A DNA stretch of 64,000 nt from contig OZ240245.1 in assembly GCA_965198175.1 (NCBI GenBank), positions 1,856,001-1,920,000 on the forward strand, given 5' to 3'. The stretch's first letter is position 1; the number at the start of each line of letters is the position of its first letter. The DNA is from Candidatus Poribacteria bacterium. GTDB taxonomy: Bacteria; Poribacteria; WGA-4E; PCPOR2b. This document shows, in pieces, positions 61,316-64,000 of the stretch. Made by a program: the position numbers and the translations under genes. Below the pieces are notes generated by a model. The model saw nothing but the letters and a program-made list of their open reading frames with translations, had not been told where the DNA came from and did no database searches.

Positions 61316-61483
61316 ATGATAATACAAACAAGCGTGCGGCGAAATCAGAGTCTTATCACAGTTGTCGCATGGTTGATTGGTTCCACAACTCTATTTGCTG
61401 ATCAGACGAAAAAAGGATCGGATATTCAATTTTACGGGATTTTGCGCATTTGCGGACTATCAAGATTTCTCCAAATTTCTTAG
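61316..61483 (+). pseudogene. 55-aa ORF resembling the truncated N-terminus of an outer-membrane porin
   Basis: MIIQTSVRRNQSLITVVAWLIGSTTLFADQTKKGSDIQFYGILRICG...*: signal-peptide-like segment plus an IQFYG.LR strand. Confidence 0.35.
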
Positions 61484-61501
61484 CATCAGAAAGGATATTA
61501 G

Positions 61502-62380
61502 ATGAGGTTTATTTTCACAACATGTCAAAAATTGGGGGCGCTGCTGCTAATCACTATCCTCTGCACTTTGACGGTGTGGAGCGCCGAAATGACCTTCACC
61601 GCCATTCCGGACCAAGATACCACTCGGCTGCAGAAGCGTTTCGGAAAGATTGCCGATTACCTCTCGGATAAATTGGGGATTGCTGTAAAGTATATCCCCG
61701 TGAAATCTTACAGCGCCTCGGTTCAAGCCTTCAAGAACCACGAGGTTCAACTCGCTTGGTTTGGTGGGTTGTCAGGTGTTCAAGCCCGCATCGCGGTTCC
61801 GGAATCCGTCGCCATCGCTCAAGGTGCAGAGGATCCTGACTTCATCTCCTATTTCATCGCCAATACGAGCACAGGCTTATCGTTTTCCGAAGAATTCCCG
61901 AAAGCCATCAAGGACAAGACATTCACTTTCGGCTCTAAGGGCTCGACATCAGGCCGCCTCATGCCCGAGTATTTTATCCGAGAGGCGTTTGGAATGGCGC
62001 CTCGTGAGGTCTTCAAGCGTGTCGGCTTCAGCGGCGACCACTCCAAAACCCTTGCTCTGGTTCAAGCCGGCAGCTATGAAGTCGGCGCGATGAATTTCAA
62101 AGTCTGGCAGAAGGAGGTTGATGCGGGTAAAGTCGACCCGAACAAGGTGCAAGTAATCTGGCGTACCCCGCCTTACCCGGACTACAACTGGACAATTCGT
62201 GGTGATGTTGAAAAGACTTACGGTAAAGGGTTTATCAATAAAGTTCAGCAATCCCTCATCGAAATCACGGATCCAGCTATACTTGCCGCTTTTCCGAGAT
62301 CTAGCTTCATCCCTGCTGATAATTCGATGTACAAGACTATCCTCGACACCGCGATCGAAGTTGGGATCATAAGAAAATAA
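61502..62380 (+). CDS. PhnD-like (putative selenate/phosphonate) ABC substrate-binding protein
   Basis: FTAIPDQD, LAWFGGLSGVQAR, FTFGSKGSTSGRLMP, FSGDH, TPPYPDYNW. Confidence 0.85.
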   Translation: MRFIFTTCQKLGALLLITILCTLTVWSAEMTFTAIPDQDTTRLQKRFGKIADYLSDKLGIAVKYIPVKSYSASVQAFKNHEVQLAWFGGLSGVQARIAVPESVAIAQGAEDPDFISYFIANTSTGLSFSEEFPKAIKDKTFTFGSKGSTSGRLMPEYFIREAFGMAPREVFKRVGFSGDHSKTLALVQAGSYEVGAMNFKVWQKEVDAGKVDPNKVQVIWRTPPYPDYNWTIRGDVEKTYGKGFINKVQQSLIEITDPAILAAFPRSSFIPADNSMYKTILDTAIEVGIIRK

Positions 62381-62390
62381 GTGAAGCCAT

Positions 62391-62420
62391 ATTGCTGGTT
62401 ACCAGCAATCCTGTTTTTTT
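62391..62420 (+). terminator. Putative intrinsic terminator after the binding-protein gene
   Basis: ATTGCTGG-TTA-CCAGCAAT then CCTGTTTTTTT. Confidence 0.5.
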
Positions 62421-62493
62421 GAATGTTAGATTCAGGGATTAGGGTTTCCGAGCGAAACACCAGTTCGAGTTGCAAGCAGAGAGGGGGGATACG

Positions 62494-63021
62494 ATGACGT
62501 TTTCCATCGCCATATTAGTCATAAAGGTAGTCTTAGCGAATGTTGCAGGCGTCGAGGCAGATGCGATGACGACATTCGATTCCAGAGTGGAAACACTGTG
62601 GACAAAGCCAAAGGGTATAGACGAATCTATACCATTCATTTATCACCTTTCCATTATAGATGATGCCGGTAAAGAGTACCGTTATGTCGGGAAAGCTAGA
62701 CATTACGGACGCCTCAGAGAATATAAGCGAAACATCCGCAGAATTCATGACCGGAAACCCCGTAGAACGACGCCCGGTCAAGAAGAATATCGGGCAGTTC
62801 ATTTTGTTCTCTACAAAGCAATCGAAAACGATTGGGACATCAATTTCTATATCATCAATCCTCTGAAAGCACCCTCAAATGATGTATTGAATGTAGTAGA
62901 AAACCAATTTATTGACAAGTTGAAATGCAACCTAAATAAACGCTATAACCCCAAAGCCGGCGGTTGGGCAATTGAAGACCTAGATAGGTTGAAAATCGAA
63001 GAATTCGTCCCAAATGATTGA
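62494..63021 (+). CDS. GIY-YIG-like nuclease (start uncertain)
   Basis: FIY...YRYVGKA..GRL..Y, later E and LN; GAGGGG upstream of ATG 62494. Confidence 0.6.
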   Translation: MTFSIAILVIKVVLANVAGVEADAMTTFDSRVETLWTKPKGIDESIPFIYHLSIIDDAGKEYRYVGKARHYGRLREYKRNIRRIHDRKPRRTTPGQEEYRAVHFVLYKAIENDWDINFYIINPLKAPSNDVLNVVENQFIDKLKCNLNKRYNPKAGGWAIEDLDRLKIEEFVPND

Positions 63022-63036
63022 CTCGGGGCGAGCGTT

Positions 63037-63195
63037 GTAGATTGAGTTGAACAGTAAGAGGCGAATCTCTATGAAGGCAACAATGGATGGAAGTTGGGTT
63101 TTACTACTGTTTGGGCGACTTTTAGCAGAATCGCAGCCCGAAAGCCAAGCCTAGTCATTGGTATTTTTCGCTGGTATCCGCTCAACCCAACTTAC
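63037..63195. repeat. Degenerate inverted REP pair (GTAGGTTGGGTTGAGC family)
   Basis: GTAGATTGAGTTGAAC at 63037, GTTGGGTT at 63093, GCTCAACCCAACTTAC at 63180. Confidence 0.6.
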
Positions 63196-63256
63196 GCGCT
63201 GCATCTGGCATCTGCAGATGACAGCGGATCTCATTTGTCGTTAGGAGGAAAGAATT

Positions 63257-64000
63257 ATGAATCCAGAGCAATCGACTCTCTTTCCAATTGCTGATGTCCA
63301 TCCCCCCGCAAGAGCAAAGCAAGGGAAAACGACAGAGCACCTAAAGAGACTAGATACGGATGTTGAACTCAGGAAATTACTACACCCGTATTGCCGACTG
63401 AATTACGGTGATATTTGGGAGGATTCAATAAGTGGCCACAGAGTTGGTGTGCTTGACGCGACAAATCAGGCAGATATCGATCTGATTATGGGAGGCGAGA
63501 AGACTGGTTTAATCATCAATGATCCACCCTATAACGTTGTAGTCGGAAATGCAAATACCGCCAATCTCTCAAAAGTTGACCTCGCCTCATATCTTGACTT
63601 CTCTAAAAGATGGCTTTCTAATGCGCTTCAAACCTCCAAGCCGGACACCCATCTTTACGTCTGGATTGGCGCTGACTATAAGGATGATTTTCAACCGCTT
63701 CCAGATTTTATGATTCTGATGAGGGGGTTTAGAGATTTTAGCCCAAGGAATTTCATCACGCTCCGGAATCAGCGAGGTTATGGCACACAAAAAAATTGGA
63801 TGTGGGTTCGGCAAGAATTGCTTCACTACGCGAAAGGTCGTCCCGATTTCACCGTGACTTATACGGACATTCCGAAGATTCTCCGAGGATATTACAAGGA
63901 GGTGGGTGGTAAAGCGATGGAGAATCTTGAAAGAAGTAAATCAGAAACCATACGCCCCGGTAATGTTTGGGTTGATGTCCAGCAAGTGTTTTACCGAATG
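63257..64000 (+). CDS. N4-cytosine/N6-adenine DNA methyltransferase (beta-class motif order), 3' truncated by the window
   Basis: AGGAGG RBS, ATG 63257; open to 64000: MNPEQSTLF...LIINDPPYN...RNQRGYGTQKNWMWVRQELL...PGNVWVDVQQVFYRM; not in the ORF track. Confidence 0.88.
   Translation, partial: MNPEQSTLFPIADVHPPARAKQGKTTEHLKRLDTDVELRKLLHPYCRLNYGDIWEDSISGHRVGVLDATNQADIDLIMGGEKTGLIINDPPYNVVVGNANTANLSKVDLASYLDFSKRWLSNALQTSKPDTHLYVWIGADYKDDFQPLPDFMILMRGFRDFSPRNFITLRNQRGYGTQKNWMWVRQELLHYAKGRPDFTVTYTDIPKILRGYYKEVGGKAMENLERSKSETIRPGNVWVDVQQVFYRM

Overview
This 64-kb window is gene-dense bacterial chromosome with no rRNA, tRNA, CRISPR array, transposase or phage genes that I can recognise. The gene content suggests Candidatus Poribacteria or a similar sponge-symbiont lineage: several proteins ending in a YPNPFNPETWIPY FlgD/T9SS-type C-terminal domain, WD40/LRR/HEAT/Ig repeat proteins and paired PhyH dioxygenases (inference only). 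From left to right it contains: a >2200-aa Ig-repeat surface protein missed by the ORF track, carrying three apparently identical 663-bp repeats; a type III restriction-modification locus whose mod gene is split by a +1 frameshift; a minus-strand envelope cluster (MacB-type permease, MacA-type adaptor, Spy-like protein, 1346-aa YCF48/BNR lipoprotein, chorismate lyase-like protein); divergent PhyH genes, one with a halogenase-like HxG motif; tandem TIM-barrel isomerases; murB; two modular CTD surface proteins; glycerate kinase; a PorV-like barrel with its CTD partner; MscS; an ABC exporter split by a LamG/beta-propeller gene; an orphan PhnD/selenate-type binding protein; a GIY-YIG protein; and a DNA methyltransferase cut by the window end. 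The intergenic DNA holds several GTAG-type REP-like families. The most notable is a 30-bp core (GATCAAGCGAACGGATAGTGAGTGCGATAG) that occurs in opposite orientations between the same terminal inverted repeats downstream of two CTD genes. All protein calls come from motif recognition by eye, not database searches.
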